Shown here: positions 10,018 to 20,531 of the stretch, one piece after another
Layout of the letters: each line of letters starts with the position of its first letter
Position numbering within the stretch: the first letter of the stretch is position 1
Source: a virus
Virus record (IMG/VR): IMGVR_UViG_3300019360_000001
Direction: 5' to 3' (one strand)
Length of the DNA: 64,000 nt
Made by a program: the position numbers and the translations under genes
Notes under the pieces: generated by a model
The model's database searches: none
Told to the model about the DNA's origin: nothing
Seen by the model: only the letters and a program-made list of their open reading frames with translations

Positions 10018-10754
10018 ACTAAAAATCCTTGTCCTAAAAAACCTTCCACTGTCAATACTTTAATAGCAAAATTTCTTAGATGTGTCATATTAATATTATT
10101 TTCTTCATGAAGAACATGATCAAAGTCTTTATCCTGCATTTTATCCATTTCTAATTCAGAAGAGTGTGGAATAGAATTATATGTGTTAACATCTCTATAT
10201 AGTCTTATTAATTTTGCCCCAGCTTTCTTTAGGCAAATAAGTTCGTTTATAAACCTAACATCTGAAATTAAAATAATATCATAATTGTCTTTTTGTTTTT
10301 CAATGTCGTTTATTAGGATATCAATCCAAATATTATTGTAATCATAATTAGGATTATTAGATATAAATGGCGCCTTTTTAGAGAGCCATAACAATATTTT
10401 TTCATATTGATCTTGATTAGACATTTTATTAAAATCACCACTTCTCATTACTTCGGTTCCAAGCAATTGCATAAATTCTCTTCCTGTAAGAAGATCATTA
10501 TATCTTTTATTATATTTATCTATTATGCCATTGTGGAAATAATCTCCCCAAGTTGATATTGGGTAATTTTTATCACTTTCACTTCCATGCACATATTTTT
10601 TGTCTAATCCGAAAACATCTATCGCAAGGTCTTTCAAAGTCTTGGCGAATGACATTTCTTTTACTTTTAGACTAGGCAGCATTTTAATAATCAAACTGCA
10701 AACACTAGATTTGCCAGAAGATTTTTTACCACATATTCCTATTACTTTAGACAT
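10014..10754 (-). CDS. Deoxynucleoside monophosphate kinase
   Basis: GKKSSGKS P-loop, SFAKTLK, REFMQLLGTEVMR, SDVRFINE and HSSE motifs. Confidence 0.9.
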   Translation of the reverse strand: MSKVIGICGKKSSGKSSVCSLIIKMLPSLKVKEMSFAKTLKDLAIDVFGLDKKYVHGSESDKNYPISTWGDYFHNGIIDKYNKRYNDLLTGREFMQLLGTEVMRSGDFNKMSNQDQYEKILLWLSKKAPFISNNPNYDYNNIWIDILINDIEKQKDNYDIILISDVRFINELICLKKAGAKLIRLYRDVNTYNSIPHSSELEMDKMQDKDFDHVLHEENNINMTHLRNFAIKVLTVEGFLGQGFLV

Positions 10755-11728
10755 TTCATCTCCTTCATAGCACTAACAATTTCTTCAGTAGAACATTCTC
10801 CTATGTCTTTGTGATCGGATATATGAGGTAAAACATTTATTCTAAACAAAGCTTTTTCTAATTTTCGTGTTGTTTTTTCTGATCCTGTTGTACCAGCAAT
10901 ATCATTGTCCAGCGCCAAAATAGCTTCAGAAAATCCACATTTTTTCAATATGTCAACTTGACCATTACTCATTATATTGCCAAATATAGATATACAATTA
11001 TCAAATCCTGACATTATAAGTTTCATTGCATCAAATGGACCTTCTGTTATTATTATAGGCTTATTAGTATGATTTTTTGCCATATCTATATTGAATAGAT
11101 TTATACTTTTGCTAAAGCCATTGATTTTTATTCCATTTAAATTAAATTGTGAATTAGGATAATGAAACCATTTTGGCTTAAAGTCTTTTATTGCTCTTCC
11201 AGAATACCCCACTATAGTTCCATTAATATTTTTAATTGGAACAACAAATCTATCTGCCATTTTACCTTTGTCTTGGCAAATAAATGCGCCCAGTCTTTTG
11301 ACTACATCCATTGATATACCCCGCTTATTACAGTATTCATCAGGAGAACTTTTAGCCTTGAAGAAATCTCCTACATAAATTTGGCTACAATGTTTTTCCC
11401 AATAGTCTATCTTCTTTATTTTTTCCATTATCTCTGTTTTAGAATATAAATAGTTTGCGTCTTGAGCTATGTCACTAATTATTTTTTGTGCTTCAATTTT
11501 ATCAACCTTTTTAATAGCCATTACAAGGCCCAAAATACCCTTAGGGAAATCATCATGACATCCTCTCGTGAAACAAAGCCAAATGCCAGAATTATAATAA
11601 TAGCAAAATCCAGAAGGGTTGTCGCCATTATGACAAGGACAGGGACCTTGTAAATAAGAAGACGTATCTATATATCCATTAGATTGATTTAAACCAATGG
11701 ATTCTAAAATTATTTCATTATTGTTCAT
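10742..11728 (-). CDS. dnaG: DNA primase (Zn-binding domain plus TOPRIM)
   Basis: CPCH...CFTRGC, VGYSGR, TEGPFD and LDND.AG motifs. Start placed at ATG 11728, which overlaps the helicase stop. Confidence 0.9.
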   Translation of the reverse strand: MNNNEIILESIGLNQSNGYIDTSSYLQGPCPCHNGDNPSGFCYYYNSGIWLCFTRGCHDDFPKGILGLVMAIKKVDKIEAQKIISDIAQDANYLYSKTEIMEKIKKIDYWEKHCSQIYVGDFFKAKSSPDEYCNKRGISMDVVKRLGAFICQDKGKMADRFVVPIKNINGTIVGYSGRAIKDFKPKWFHYPNSQFNLNGIKINGFSKSINLFNIDMAKNHTNKPIIITEGPFDAMKLIMSGFDNCISIFGNIMSNGQVDILKKCGFSEAILALDNDIAGTTGSEKTTRKLEKALFRINVLPHISDHKDIGECSTEEIVSAMKEMKCLK

Positions 11729-13179
11729 TTTATTGTGATCGTCGTTTGAATACATCTCTCTTCTATTATTCCACAAACCTCATCTTCTTTTATTAATGGG
11801 TCATGAAAATCACAATATAGAGATATGTATTTTCTTCCTGGGGTTCCACGTCCATGACGTGAACATACAATCTTAAATTTACAATTCTCTGGTTTTCTTG
11901 CGTTTGGATCATTGGCATTTGCTTGGTGTTTTTGCATAACTTCTACTTCATCAAGCTTAGAAAATATAGTGAAATTATCACAAAGCCAAATTATTCTGTC
12001 TGATCCAGACATAGTACTTTCGTCTTCTTTTTCTAGCCCATCTCTATTTTGTTGTGCAAATGCTAACATCGGAGCATTATAAGATCCCATTAGATCATGT
12101 AATGTTGTCATTCTGTAGCCAAGAGCTTCCCATTCTTTGTCTTTGTTTTTGTCATTAGAGTTCATTAGTTTAAGATAATCAAGTATAACAAGACATTTAT
12201 TGAATTTTCCTTCAGAGTTTTGCCCAACTATTTTGGCGAAAAACCTTCTTATGATGCTTATTTGTTCTTCTAACGTCCACCCCTTTATATCAACATAATG
12301 TATCTTATTGTCTTTAAGATATTGAGACATATTTTTTATAGACTCTAATTTATTTGTATCGGCAAAAAACCTACCTTCATCTAAACTTACCAAAGGAGTT
12401 TTTGTTGCTATTGCAGACCATCTAATTGTTTGATATAAATCATCTAATTCTGTGTCCAAGTATAAAACAGGAATTCCTTGTTTTGCGACATTGTTTGCTA
12501 TATTCATTGCGACCGTGGATTTTCCAAATTTTGCTCTGGATGCTATAATACTTATTGTCCCGTCTCTAAACCCGCCCCCTATAGATCTCTCATACAACGG
12601 AAAGCCAAATTTTATTCCAACATGAACTTTGCCTTGTTTAACTTCTTGGGCTTTATTATATAGCCAATTGTCAAAATTTTTGCCCAATATATCTATTTCG
12701 GAAGACTTAAATAAATTAGTAGTAAATTCAAGGGTTGAACACTCTATGATGTTTGATACTTCATCTGGAGATTTTGCAGAATCAATTGCCTCTTTAATCT
12801 CTTCTACTTTTTGATAATATTTTCTTTTAACAGAATTATTAAGAACTATTATTAGTAGATCTTCAAAATCTTTCTTGGAAACAGAATTTTCTGTTGCAAA
12901 CTTTATTGTTTCTTGTATTATAGGTTTTTGGCTCTTATAGTATTCAGGGTACAAAAATGCTATTTTTTCAGATAAGATAACATCGTCTATGGGCTTGTTA
13001 TCATTTAAGTTAGAACTTTCAGAATATATATTTTTCACCGCACTGAAAGAACACCTAACAGATTGTGAGCTAAAATCATCTAAACCAAGTCCATTATAAT
13101 CAAAAATAGTTTTTGGATTTTTAATAAACCAAGATAGTACTTTTTTCTCTGCTAAATCGTTTGTGTATTTTGTCTGCAT
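11725..13179 (-). CDS. dnaB: Replicative DnaB-like helicase
   Basis: Walker A ASRAKFGKS, YLDTE, ILDYLK, AQQNR and SGSDRI motifs. Confidence 0.92.
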   Translation of the reverse strand: MQTKYTNDLAEKKVLSWFIKNPKTIFDYNGLGLDDFSSQSVRCSFSAVKNIYSESSNLNDNKPIDDVILSEKIAFLYPEYYKSQKPIIQETIKFATENSVSKKDFEDLLIIVLNNSVKRKYYQKVEEIKEAIDSAKSPDEVSNIIECSTLEFTTNLFKSSEIDILGKNFDNWLYNKAQEVKQGKVHVGIKFGFPLYERSIGGGFRDGTISIIASRAKFGKSTVAMNIANNVAKQGIPVLYLDTELDDLYQTIRWSAIATKTPLVSLDEGRFFADTNKLESIKNMSQYLKDNKIHYVDIKGWTLEEQISIIRRFFAKIVGQNSEGKFNKCLVILDYLKLMNSNDKNKDKEWEALGYRMTTLHDLMGSYNAPMLAFAQQNRDGLEKEDESTMSGSDRIIWLCDNFTIFSKLDEVEVMQKHQANANDPNARKPENCKFKIVCSRHGRGTPGRKYISLYCDFHDPLIKEDEVCGIIEERCIQTTITIK

Positions 13180-13649
13180 ATTGCCCTCTGGTATGCTATT
13201 TTTAATATGTCTATTTTACGGTCTATTGCGTAAGGAATATCTTTTATTCTTGCTAATTTTGCTTTTAAAATAATCAGGTCTTTATATCTGTCATCTATAT
13301 CTTTATTTTCATTTCTAACTATAGCTATTTTCTCTTCGATTTTTTTAAATCGGCAATCTTCAGAAAGATTACTTACAGCAGAGTATAGCTGTTTATTAAC
13401 TTCTGGTGTTAGTATCTCTATTTGGCATTCTAAAGATGCTTTTTGCGACCTTACATAAATATTATATGAAACTATTTTATTCATTAGTTGTTCTATTTTT
13501 TCTATTGGCATTGAAATAAAACTTTCCACATCTATTTGGGCTATTTCGTCGCAAGATATTGTATTTTTATTAACTGGATGAATACCTGTTGACTTTACCC
13601 AGTTTGTAATTTCACTTATGATTTCTTCCATGTATTGCACATTTAACAA
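13152..13649 (-). CDS. Hypothetical coiled-coil protein
   Basis: Helical ORF coupled to the helicase gene. Confidence 0.6.
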   Translation of the reverse strand: MLNVQYMEEIISEITNWVKSTGIHPVNKNTISCDEIAQIDVESFISMPIEKIEQLMNKIVSYNIYVRSQKASLECQIEILTPEVNKQLYSAVSNLSEDCRFKKIEEKIAIVRNENKDIDDRYKDLIILKAKLARIKDIPYAIDRKIDILKIAYQRAICRQNTQTI

Positions 13650-14382
13650 TTTCGGATATGTTTTTTAAAATAAGAACAGTTTCTTCTATTCCGCTTGTTT
13701 GAATACAGTCAACTCCATATTTTAGCACAGGAAAATCATTACCACCCTCATATAAAGCATCTCCTACATATAAAATATCTTCTTTATGATAGAGACCTTT
13801 TTGTATCAAGTATTTTATTGCATAAGACTTATCTATACCTTTTATCGTAACATCTATTGATGTTGTGCCACCTATTTTATATTCAAATTCTGGTGCCATA
13901 GGAGCAGATTTTGCCAATATTGCTTTTCTTTTTGAGCAATCAGGATCCCAGATTTTCTTTATTTCAGATGTAGCATCTTGCCCAAGTGCTGAATAAGTAA
14001 TTTGCGAACCTTTGTCCTCGAATAAGTTTCCATAGATTTTATAAGTAGGTACATCAAAAGTAGATATTATTTTAGCCTTTTCTTCTTCTAAAAGTTTAAA
14101 AGAATATCTTTCTATATATTCACCATTAACCCCATATTCAAATAACGATGCTCCACATGTAGGGAATATAAGAATTTGTGGTATATGATGTGGGTTAATG
14201 TAATCAAGAATTTGTTTTCTTATTTGGTTTAATGATGCTCCTGATATTATTGCACAATTAGAAAATTTTAATAGTTCTTCAAATGCGTGTATAATTTCTT
14301 CTGAGGCTTTTTGTTTGCTTGGGGTTAAAGTTTCATCAAGGTCAAAACAGAATAACTTTTTCTTTCCACATTTCAAAATCAT
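13612..14382 (-). CDS. HAD-IIB hydrolase, phosphomannomutase-like
   Basis: FDLDETL, ISG, GGTTSIDV and GDALYEGGNDFP motifs. Confidence 0.85.
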   Translation of the reverse strand: MILKCGKKKLFCFDLDETLTPSKQKASEEIIHAFEELLKFSNCAIISGASLNQIRKQILDYINPHHIPQILIFPTCGASLFEYGVNGEYIERYSFKLLEEEKAKIISTFDVPTYKIYGNLFEDKGSQITYSALGQDATSEIKKIWDPDCSKRKAILAKSAPMAPEFEYKIGGTTSIDVTIKGIDKSYAIKYLIQKGLYHKEDILYVGDALYEGGNDFPVLKYGVDCIQTSGIEETVLILKNISEIVKCAIHGRNHK

Positions 14383-14777
14383 TTTCTGTTTCCTATCATA
14401 TCTATTATAATTTCTTTTTTAAGATCTTCTTCTTTTATGATTAGTAAAGCAATATTATTAATATCACACCATTGCTGTTTTCTACAATCTCTTTCCAAAG
14501 AATCGAGAAATCTTATTCTAGTCCTATGAAAGTGATATACATATTTATCGTGCTGTATTCCATTAAATTCCAGGGCAATTTTAAGAGATGGTATAAAAAA
14601 GTCTAGGAAAAGTTTTTCGCCGAAACATGGAACTTCTTCATATATAGGCACATTAGGATATATATTTTCAAGGATTTCCCCAAGTTTAGTTTGCCCTTTA
14701 GATTTACTGCTTTGCTTTTTCTTGTATTTGGTTATGTTTTTCCGATGGATTTTTCCGTTGGTATCTATGAACTTCAT
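14379..14777 (-). CDS. Vsr/DUF559-like endonuclease
   Basis: LDFFIP...ALEFNGIQH...RD..K..WC..NNI pattern. Confidence 0.7.
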   Translation of the reverse strand: MKFIDTNGKIHRKNITKYKKKQSSKSKGQTKLGEILENIYPNVPIYEEVPCFGEKLFLDFFIPSLKIALEFNGIQHDKYVYHFHRTRIRFLDSLERDCRKQQWCDINNIALLIIKEEDLKKEIIIDMIGNRK

Positions 14778-14890
14778 TATATTTTATCTTACATAAATAC
14801 TTTAAAACAATTAATGAAAAACAATAAATTATATCTGGCAAAAAACAACAAGCAAATAAAAACGCTATTAGTATAATATGTTTGGTCATT

Positions 14891-15907
14891 TTAGCTCATT
14901 ATTTCTTTTAGCTTGCTCTCTACCAAATTTCTAGCCTTTCTATCTTCTCTTATAAAATTAGCCATCTTTTCTATTCCTTGAGACTTGTTTATTTCTTTAT
15001 CTTCGTCGTAAAGAACAAACCAAGCGCCTGACTTCTTTATAATGCTAAACATAATAGCATATTCAACCATTTCTCTTTCTAGATCAATTCCCTTGCCATA
15101 TATTAAAGGTATAATTGCCTCCTTATATGGAACTCCACATCTATTTTTAACTATCTCTGCCTTTATGTAGTGTCCTATTGTATCTTCTCCGGACTTAATC
15201 TCTGGCGATGGGTATTTTTTGTCTATCTTTATTCTTATGTCACAGTAAAACTTTAATGCATAACCTCCAGGCTGACTTGACCCTCTTGCCATTGGGCCTA
15301 TTTTTGCTCTTTCTTGGTTTAACTGTATAAGTATATTATTATTGAGAGAGCAGAACTTTTTAGCCTTGGGCATGAATGGCGAAAATAACCTCGCCAGTGC
15401 GCCTACTTGGCTCTCCTCGGCGCTCGCCTCTAGAGTTATAGACGGAACACATGCCGGAATCGAATCGTTTATTATTAGGCATTTTTGCTGAGTTTCTAAG
15501 ATATGAGTCATTATATTGATTGCATTTTCTCCTGTTTCTGGGGTAATCCAGGATATCTTGCTCACATCTAAATCAGTGAAACATTTAGTTATGCTTTCAT
15601 TGATTGATCTTTCGGCATTTATGTAAAAAACTTTAATATCTTGTTTTTGGGCCATTGCAGATATATGTAATGATAAACTACTTTTACCTATACCAGCGGG
15701 GCCAAACAATTCTATTACTGCATTACCTGGAATTCCGCCTTTTTCTGAAAGGGCTTTGTCAAGTGAAAATATTCCAGTATTAAGAAAATAAGAAGGAGCA
15801 AGATCGCCTATGCTTTGCGAAACTCTTCCTCCAAGTTTTTCTATCTCTTTATGCAAAGATTCTATTTCAGATATACTATCCTCTTTTTCTACTTTTGTTT
15901 TAGCCAT
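14891..15907 (-). CDS. recA: RecA recombinase
   Basis: ELFGPAGIGKS, INDSIPA, NQER, GGYALKFY, VKNR and GAWF motifs. Confidence 0.95.
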   Translation of the reverse strand: MAKTKVEKEDSISEIESLHKEIEKLGGRVSQSIGDLAPSYFLNTGIFSLDKALSEKGGIPGNAVIELFGPAGIGKSSLSLHISAMAQKQDIKVFYINAERSINESITKCFTDLDVSKISWITPETGENAINIMTHILETQQKCLIINDSIPACVPSITLEASAEESQVGALARLFSPFMPKAKKFCSLNNNILIQLNQERAKIGPMARGSSQPGGYALKFYCDIRIKIDKKYPSPEIKSGEDTIGHYIKAEIVKNRCGVPYKEAIIPLIYGKGIDLEREMVEYAIMFSIIKKSGAWFVLYDEDKEINKSQGIEKMANFIREDRKARNLVESKLKEIMS

Positions 15908-16442
15908 TGCTCCCCTTAATGAAATGATTAATAGTTTTTGGCTTCATATTATCATTTAAAAACTCAGTGGCTGCATCAGAAGCCTCTTTAGATGGAAAAT
16001 CGATACTATTATCGTGAGTTTTACTCTCTGTTTTTACTTCTATTTCTTCGATGGACTCTTTGATTTCCTTGCTTATAACGTTGATATGGAATAATCCTTT
16101 TAGGGAATTTGCTGCCCATAGCTTGTTTTTTGTCCAAGAGTAAGACATTTTTAAACAGTTAAAGAAAAACTTTTTTACTTGATCATCCGTGCTACTTTGT
16201 TTTTTCCAAAATTCCATAGACTGTAAGCCGAATTTCATTATCGTCATTGTTTCGGCCAATATATGGGCAAGATCAACTTTTATACTTGGCGTTGTTAAAG
16301 ATGTATATATGTTTTTTGAGTTGATTTTTTCTTGCTTTTCAGCTTCTGCTATTTTTCTTATCTGTTGACAGTCTGCACAATTAGCATTTCTTTTCCCTAA
16401 AGGAGAAATGCCTTTATATCGAATGTGTATTTTACAAATCAT
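15900..16442 (-). CDS. Hypothetical protein with N-terminal C..H..Y.G...C..C motif
   Basis: Coupled ORF. A similar motif occurs at the C-terminus of 55412..55912. Confidence 0.6.
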   Translation of the reverse strand: MICKIHIRYKGISPLGKRNANCADCQQIRKIAEAEKQEKINSKNIYTSLTTPSIKVDLAHILAETMTIMKFGLQSMEFWKKQSSTDDQVKKFFFNCLKMSYSWTKNKLWAANSLKGLFHINVISKEIKESIEEIEVKTESKTHDNSIDFPSKEASDAATEFLNDNMKPKTINHFIKGSNG

Positions 16443-16690
16443 ATATATTTATGAAACTTACTAACATCTTTGTGGTTTTTATCAGGCGCAAAATAAGCAG
16501 TTATGCCGTCTCTTTTTATTTCTATAGCATCTATTTTTTCCCACGGCTTTGTGTTAAATAATTTATTTAACATATCTATGAATTTTTTGCTTTTAAAATG
16601 TCTTGTAGAAACAGTTGAACATCCTTTATTAAATTTAATGTCATGATTATATAAAATAGCAAAGCCTTCATCTGTTTTTATATTGCGCAT
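16439..16690 (-). CDS. Hypothetical protein
   Basis: Coupled ORF. Confidence 0.55.
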   Translation of the reverse strand: MRNIKTDEGFAILYNHDIKFNKGCSTVSTRHFKSKKFIDMLNKLFNTKPWEKIDAIEIKRDGITAYFAPDKNHKDVSKFHKYI

Positions 16691-16955
16691 TTTTGCCCTT
16701 TCGCTTTATTTCTTCATTTGTAATTAATCCGTCCAAAGGATCGTACTTATATTGCCTAATTCTGCCTCCTATTTTATTTATGAATTTTGCCACTTTATCA
16801 TAACAATCTGAGCAACAAACACATTCGTCATATCGTCCATCTTTGTTTGAGCAATATCCCCATCTTTCTTTTATAACTGTCCAATCGTGTTTTGTTTCAA
16901 TTAATTTTTTGTGACAAACATCACATTTAGTAGATCGCACCATTAATTTCTCCAT
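16668..16955 (-). CDS. Hypothetical Zn-finger protein
   Basis: CDVC...CSDC. Confidence 0.55.
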   Translation of the reverse strand: MEKLMVRSTKCDVCHKKLIETKHDWTVIKERWGYCSNKDGRYDECVCCSDCYDKVAKFINKIGGRIRQYKYDPLDGLITNEEIKRKGKNAQYKNR

Positions 16956-16961
16956 TAATAT

Positions 16962-17318
16962 TTATTTTTCGCTATAATATTTTTCCATTTTATCTAATAG
17001 CTTATTTATTGCTGAACGTGCCAAATTATCATCCATTCCTATAAAAGAAACACTTTCATGTTTTTTAGGATAATCTATAAAAAACGTAAACTCTGCGCTC
17101 CAATAGTTATCTGAATGCCAATAGAATATAAATGTCCAATTTTTGTCTATATATTTTCTAACTTCTTTGAAACATTCTTCGAAACTAAGGTTAAGCTTAT
17201 CTTTAGTGCTTGAGGATAGATGGGATTTGGATACCTTAACCTCAAAGACCTTACAAGTTTGGGTTTTCCTTTTGGATTTGGTAGCCTTTAATGATTGAGA
17301 TATTTTAGATTTACTCAT
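16962..17318 (-). CDS. Chimeric ORF: TnpB-like N-terminal fragment fused to a hypothetical domain
   Basis: First ~44 aa (KISQSLKATKSKRKTQTCKVFEVKVSKSHLS) resemble the N-terminus of a TnpB subfamily. No RuvC or Zn ribbon follows. Confidence 0.55.
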   Translation of the reverse strand: MSKSKISQSLKATKSKRKTQTCKVFEVKVSKSHLSSSTKDKLNLSFEECFKEVRKYIDKNWTFIFYWHSDNYWSAEFTFFIDYPKKHESVSFIGMDDNLARSAINKLLDKMEKYYSEK

Positions 17319-17351
17319 ATTTTGTTACATTTCCTTATTTATTACCCTCAT

Positions 17352-17846
17352 CTAAGGATCACATCCGTCTTCTTTTGCGTATTTTCCGTTATATTCTTCC
17401 CATTGAACCCATTTTCTCTTCCCGTCTTTATTTGTTCGCCAAAATCCCCAGTTTCTTGTCTTCTTAAAAGCAAGTAATAAAGTCCAAGCTGGCTTGTCTT
17501 TTAGTAGAGTAACTCTATGAGAATGACTAGCAGAGAACTTTCTAATACATGGTGCTTTAAAAATTTGTGTCTTTATTAATTTAGACTTAGTATCCCAATA
17601 TTCCTCAGAATATCCGTTTTTAAAAACAAAACTTATCATTGTGCATGGATGATCATGTACAGATATAGAACAGTCGCCTTTATTAAAACGATGAATGTAA
17701 ATCCTTATGTCATTAATTTTTAGCAGTTTCCACAGCCAAAATGTATTAGATAATCTAAGCAATGTCCACCTTGATAGATAAGACTGACCATCGCTTCTAG
17801 CTATTTCTTCTCTTCTTAGAATCTTGTCAATTAGCTTTTGTAGCAT
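17352..17846 (-). CDS. Cupin-like phage protein
   Basis: YLSRW...IYIHRF..D....HDHP...GYSE...HRV...WTL...WGF. Confidence 0.7.
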   Translation of the reverse strand: MLQKLIDKILRREEIARSDGQSYLSRWTLLRLSNTFWLWKLLKINDIRIYIHRFNKGDCSISVHDHPCTMISFVFKNGYSEEYWDTKSKLIKTQIFKAPCIRKFSASHSHRVTLLKDKPAWTLLLAFKKTRNWGFWRTNKDGKRKWVQWEEYNGKYAKEDGCDP

Positions 17847-18252
17847 TTTCTTTCTCTATAGCATACTTTCTGTACATTGGGTTTGGATCATGCACTCTTT
17901 CGGTGTAAATCATTGGATTTCCAGAAACCTTAAACCATTTTATCCTACATGAATTATCTGGCATAAATCCTCCAACTCCTATTTTAAGGTGTTGATTTTT
18001 ACCGCCATCAAGAACATTAGGAATAAAGGCTTCATATAAAATAAAATGATGCTTAATATAAGACTCTTTGTTCATCTCTATGCCATTAAATGTTAATTTT
18101 CTAATTTTTAGATTTTCTTTTTGGCATCTAATTGCAAGATTTTTCCAACAAGAAACCTCGGCTTCATTTTGCTTTATTATTTCGCCGTTAGATAGTATTG
18201 CTTCCCACGGCATATATTTATAGCGATCTTCTATAGCTTGCCAGAAGTTCAA
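17827..18252 (-). CDS. Hypothetical protein
   Basis: Overlapping ORF in operon. Confidence 0.55.
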   Translation of the reverse strand: MNFWQAIEDRYKYMPWEAILSNGEIIKQNEAEVSCWKNLAIRCQKENLKIRKLTFNGIEMNKESYIKHHFILYEAFIPNVLDGGKNQHLKIGVGGFMPDNSCRIKWFKVSGNPMIYTERVHDPNPMYRKYAIEKENATKAN

Positions 18253-18754
18253 ACCATTTTCTGTATTCTATAAGAGTTGTAACTTGTTTTGACACTTCTT
18301 TCATTAGAGATAATTTTGAATAGAAAAATTCATCTACTCTACTTAGAATCCATGGCGAAACATTTTTCCAACGTTCATTTAAGAAATACCCAAGTACTAT
18401 TTTATTGTGATCTTTGGCAACAGTTACTTCACTTGCAGTTCCTGCTCCACAGTTTTCATCAAGTAAAACTATAATAATATCAGCTCCTTTAACTGCTTTT
18501 ATATCGCCATCCACTATGACAGAACAATGTCTAACACAACTAGATAAATTATGAGACTTCTTTTCCTGATAAGACAACATAGTTGGATACTTTCCTTGAT
18601 TGTACTTGAAATCGCATGGGTCTATGATTTTAACTACATCTTTATTGTTAAAAAGACGTTTTATTTCACGTTTTATTTCTTTTCTAATACCAACTCCATA
18701 ATCTTTTGATCGCTCAATAGCACCTGCAATATATATACTAATTGGTTTAATCAT
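18218..18754 (-). CDS. Nucleoside 2-deoxyribosyltransferase-like protein
   Basis: IYIAGAI...D...V..ADI...GTASEV..A...K. Confidence 0.8.
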   Translation of the reverse strand: MIKPISIYIAGAIERSKDYGVGIRKEIKREIKRLFNNKDVVKIIDPCDFKYNQGKYPTMLSYQEKKSHNLSSCVRHCSVIVDGDIKAVKGADIIIVLLDENCGAGTASEVTVAKDHNKIVLGYFLNERWKNVSPWILSRVDEFFYSKLSLMKEVSKQVTTLIEYRKWFELLASYRRSL

Positions 18755-19053
18755 ATCAAATCCTCCCAGATAATGCTATTAAATCCGTATGTTTTAAGAC
18801 AAGAGTATGCTTCGCTACGTATTGCATCTGTAATCTGTGGGCGTTTATTACAGCACGGGAAAAGCCCTGCGTGAATCTTATCTTTATCGAAGTCAAAGAT
18901 ATGAAACTGAATACCAGAATTATATAATGACAATAAGAAGTTTCTGTTATCTTGTACAAAAGATTTAATGAAGCCTTGGTTTTTGCTTATTTTTTCTAGT
19001 CTTTCTTCCTCTGTTTTATAGAATTTTTCTGTTATTTTATTTAAATTTAACAC
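18751..19053 (-). CDS. Hypothetical protein
   Basis: Coupled ORF. Confidence 0.55.
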   Translation of the reverse strand: MLNLNKITEKFYKTEEERLEKISKNQGFIKSFVQDNRNFLLSLYNSGIQFHIFDFDKDKIHAGLFPCCNKRPQITDAIRSEAYSCLKTYGFNSIIWEDLI

Positions 19054-19278
19054 ATTATTTATTAGATTTTGTTGTACTTGAAATTACATGGGTAATCGTA
19101 CTTTCCACAGCTAAATTCACAGTTTACAATAGTACTTTTTATACTAGGATTTGCCTTTGAAATACATGATAATCTATAAAAACCAACATGATGTATCTTG
19201 GTATTTTTTAGAATCTCAACATAAGGAAGTCCATAAATCATTGTGCATATTGCATATCTTAGTCTTTTTAAAAATTCT

Positions 19279-19575
19279 TTAAACATTGCGACGTACCTCA
19301 AAAACCCCAACATCTGTATCTGTTTCTTTTCCGTCCTGCATTCCACGGCCTAGAGAACCAATTGGATTGGCAACAATTGCTATTGCCTTTGCTGTTTTAG
19401 GCTTAAGAGCTTCTACATTCTTTGTTTCTTCTTTGACAATAGGTTCTACTACCTTGGAAGATTCTTGATATCTCTCAATAGCTTCTGTAAGTGCAACCGT
19501 TAAAGCATTCATATTATTAACAGTCAAGGTTTTGTGTTTAAACTTAAACACCACTTCTTTAATTATCTCTATCAT
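19279..19575 (-). CDS. Hypothetical protein
   Basis: ORF preceded by AAGGAG. Confidence 0.55.
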   Translation of the reverse strand: MIEIIKEVVFKFKHKTLTVNNMNALTVALTEAIERYQESSKVVEPIVKEETKNVEALKPKTAKAIAIVANPIGSLGRGMQDGKETDTDVGVFEVRRNV

Positions 19576-19577
19576 AA

Positions 19578-20102
19578 TTATTCTCCTTCTTTTCTGTTTT
19601 CTGTTGGCTGTGCACTAGGGGTAATTGTCATTCTAACATTATTTTCAAGAATTGCTCCGTTTTGCAACAAAACATAATTTGCCCCTTCTCTAATTCCTGC
19701 TACGAAAGCTCTAACAATAGATACTTGTCCAAGTGTCAAGATATCATTTGGTCCTGGCACAGTAAAATGAAGGCTTAATGTAGTAAAAGCCAAAGACATT
19801 AATGGCCGATATTCTGCTGGTACGACGCTAACAAACTCTTGTATTAATTCTCCTGTTATAACAGAATCGTTATTATTCAATATAGGCATAATATCTATAT
19901 CTATAACAGCAACTATTTTGGCTGCATTTAAAGATTGTTTTACCCTATCATCTTTGTCTAGTGTAAGGATTGCTGTTGATGTGGTAGTTTTTGCAACTTC
20001 AAAAACTATTTTTTGCCTATCTTCTGGTGTTAAATCTTTAGGAACTAGAATTCCACAACCAGATAACATAAAACTAGTCAACATCAAAATTATTGATTTC
20101 AT
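19578..20102 (-). CDS. Lipoprotein
   Basis: Signal peptide with lipobox LSGC. Confidence 0.7.
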   Translation of the reverse strand: MKSIILMLTSFMLSGCGILVPKDLTPEDRQKIVFEVAKTTTSTAILTLDKDDRVKQSLNAAKIVAVIDIDIMPILNNNDSVITGELIQEFVSVVPAEYRPLMSLAFTTLSLHFTVPGPNDILTLGQVSIVRAFVAGIREGANYVLLQNGAILENNVRMTITPSAQPTENRKEGE

Positions 20103-20529
20103 CTTCAGGATCCTCCCTTATTATAGGAAAATTTCCATGGAAAGAATTAATACTTAAAGTAGACATACCCAAATGTGCCTCTATTCTGTCTTTTACGTCC
20201 TCTTCTGTTAATATTATACCGTGACTCTTCATGTCTTTTATTATATATTCACATGCTTTGCTCAATTTATGATTTCCTAAAATATCTCCAGATACGCCAG
20301 ATTGTGAAATGCCAACAGGTTTAAAAGCTTTAAACTCTTCTTGTTCTGCATATGAACATCCGCCTAAAACCGAAGAATTAATCATTTCTTGTATTTTAGA
20401 CTGACTAATGACTTCTATTAGATTATTAAAGTTATTTAATACTGGCAAAATCTTTAAATAAAGAATAATAAACATTATAACAAAAGATAATGCTGAACCT
20501 AAGATAATATAATTTAACATGTTACTCAT
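20074..20529 (-). CDS. Single-TM membrane protein, LL-H holin-like C-terminus
   Basis: N-terminal TM helix; G..KL..ACEYI...MKSHGIILTEEDVKDRIEA resembles LL-H family holins. Confidence 0.45.
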   Translation of the reverse strand: MSNMLNYIILGSALSFVIMFIILYLKILPVLNNFNNLIEVISQSKIQEMINSSVLGGCSYAEQEEFKAFKPVGISQSGVSGDILGNHKLSKACEYIIKDMKSHGIILTEEDVKDRIEAHLGMSTLSINSFHGNFPIIREDPEDEINNFDVD

Positions 20530-20531
20530 TG

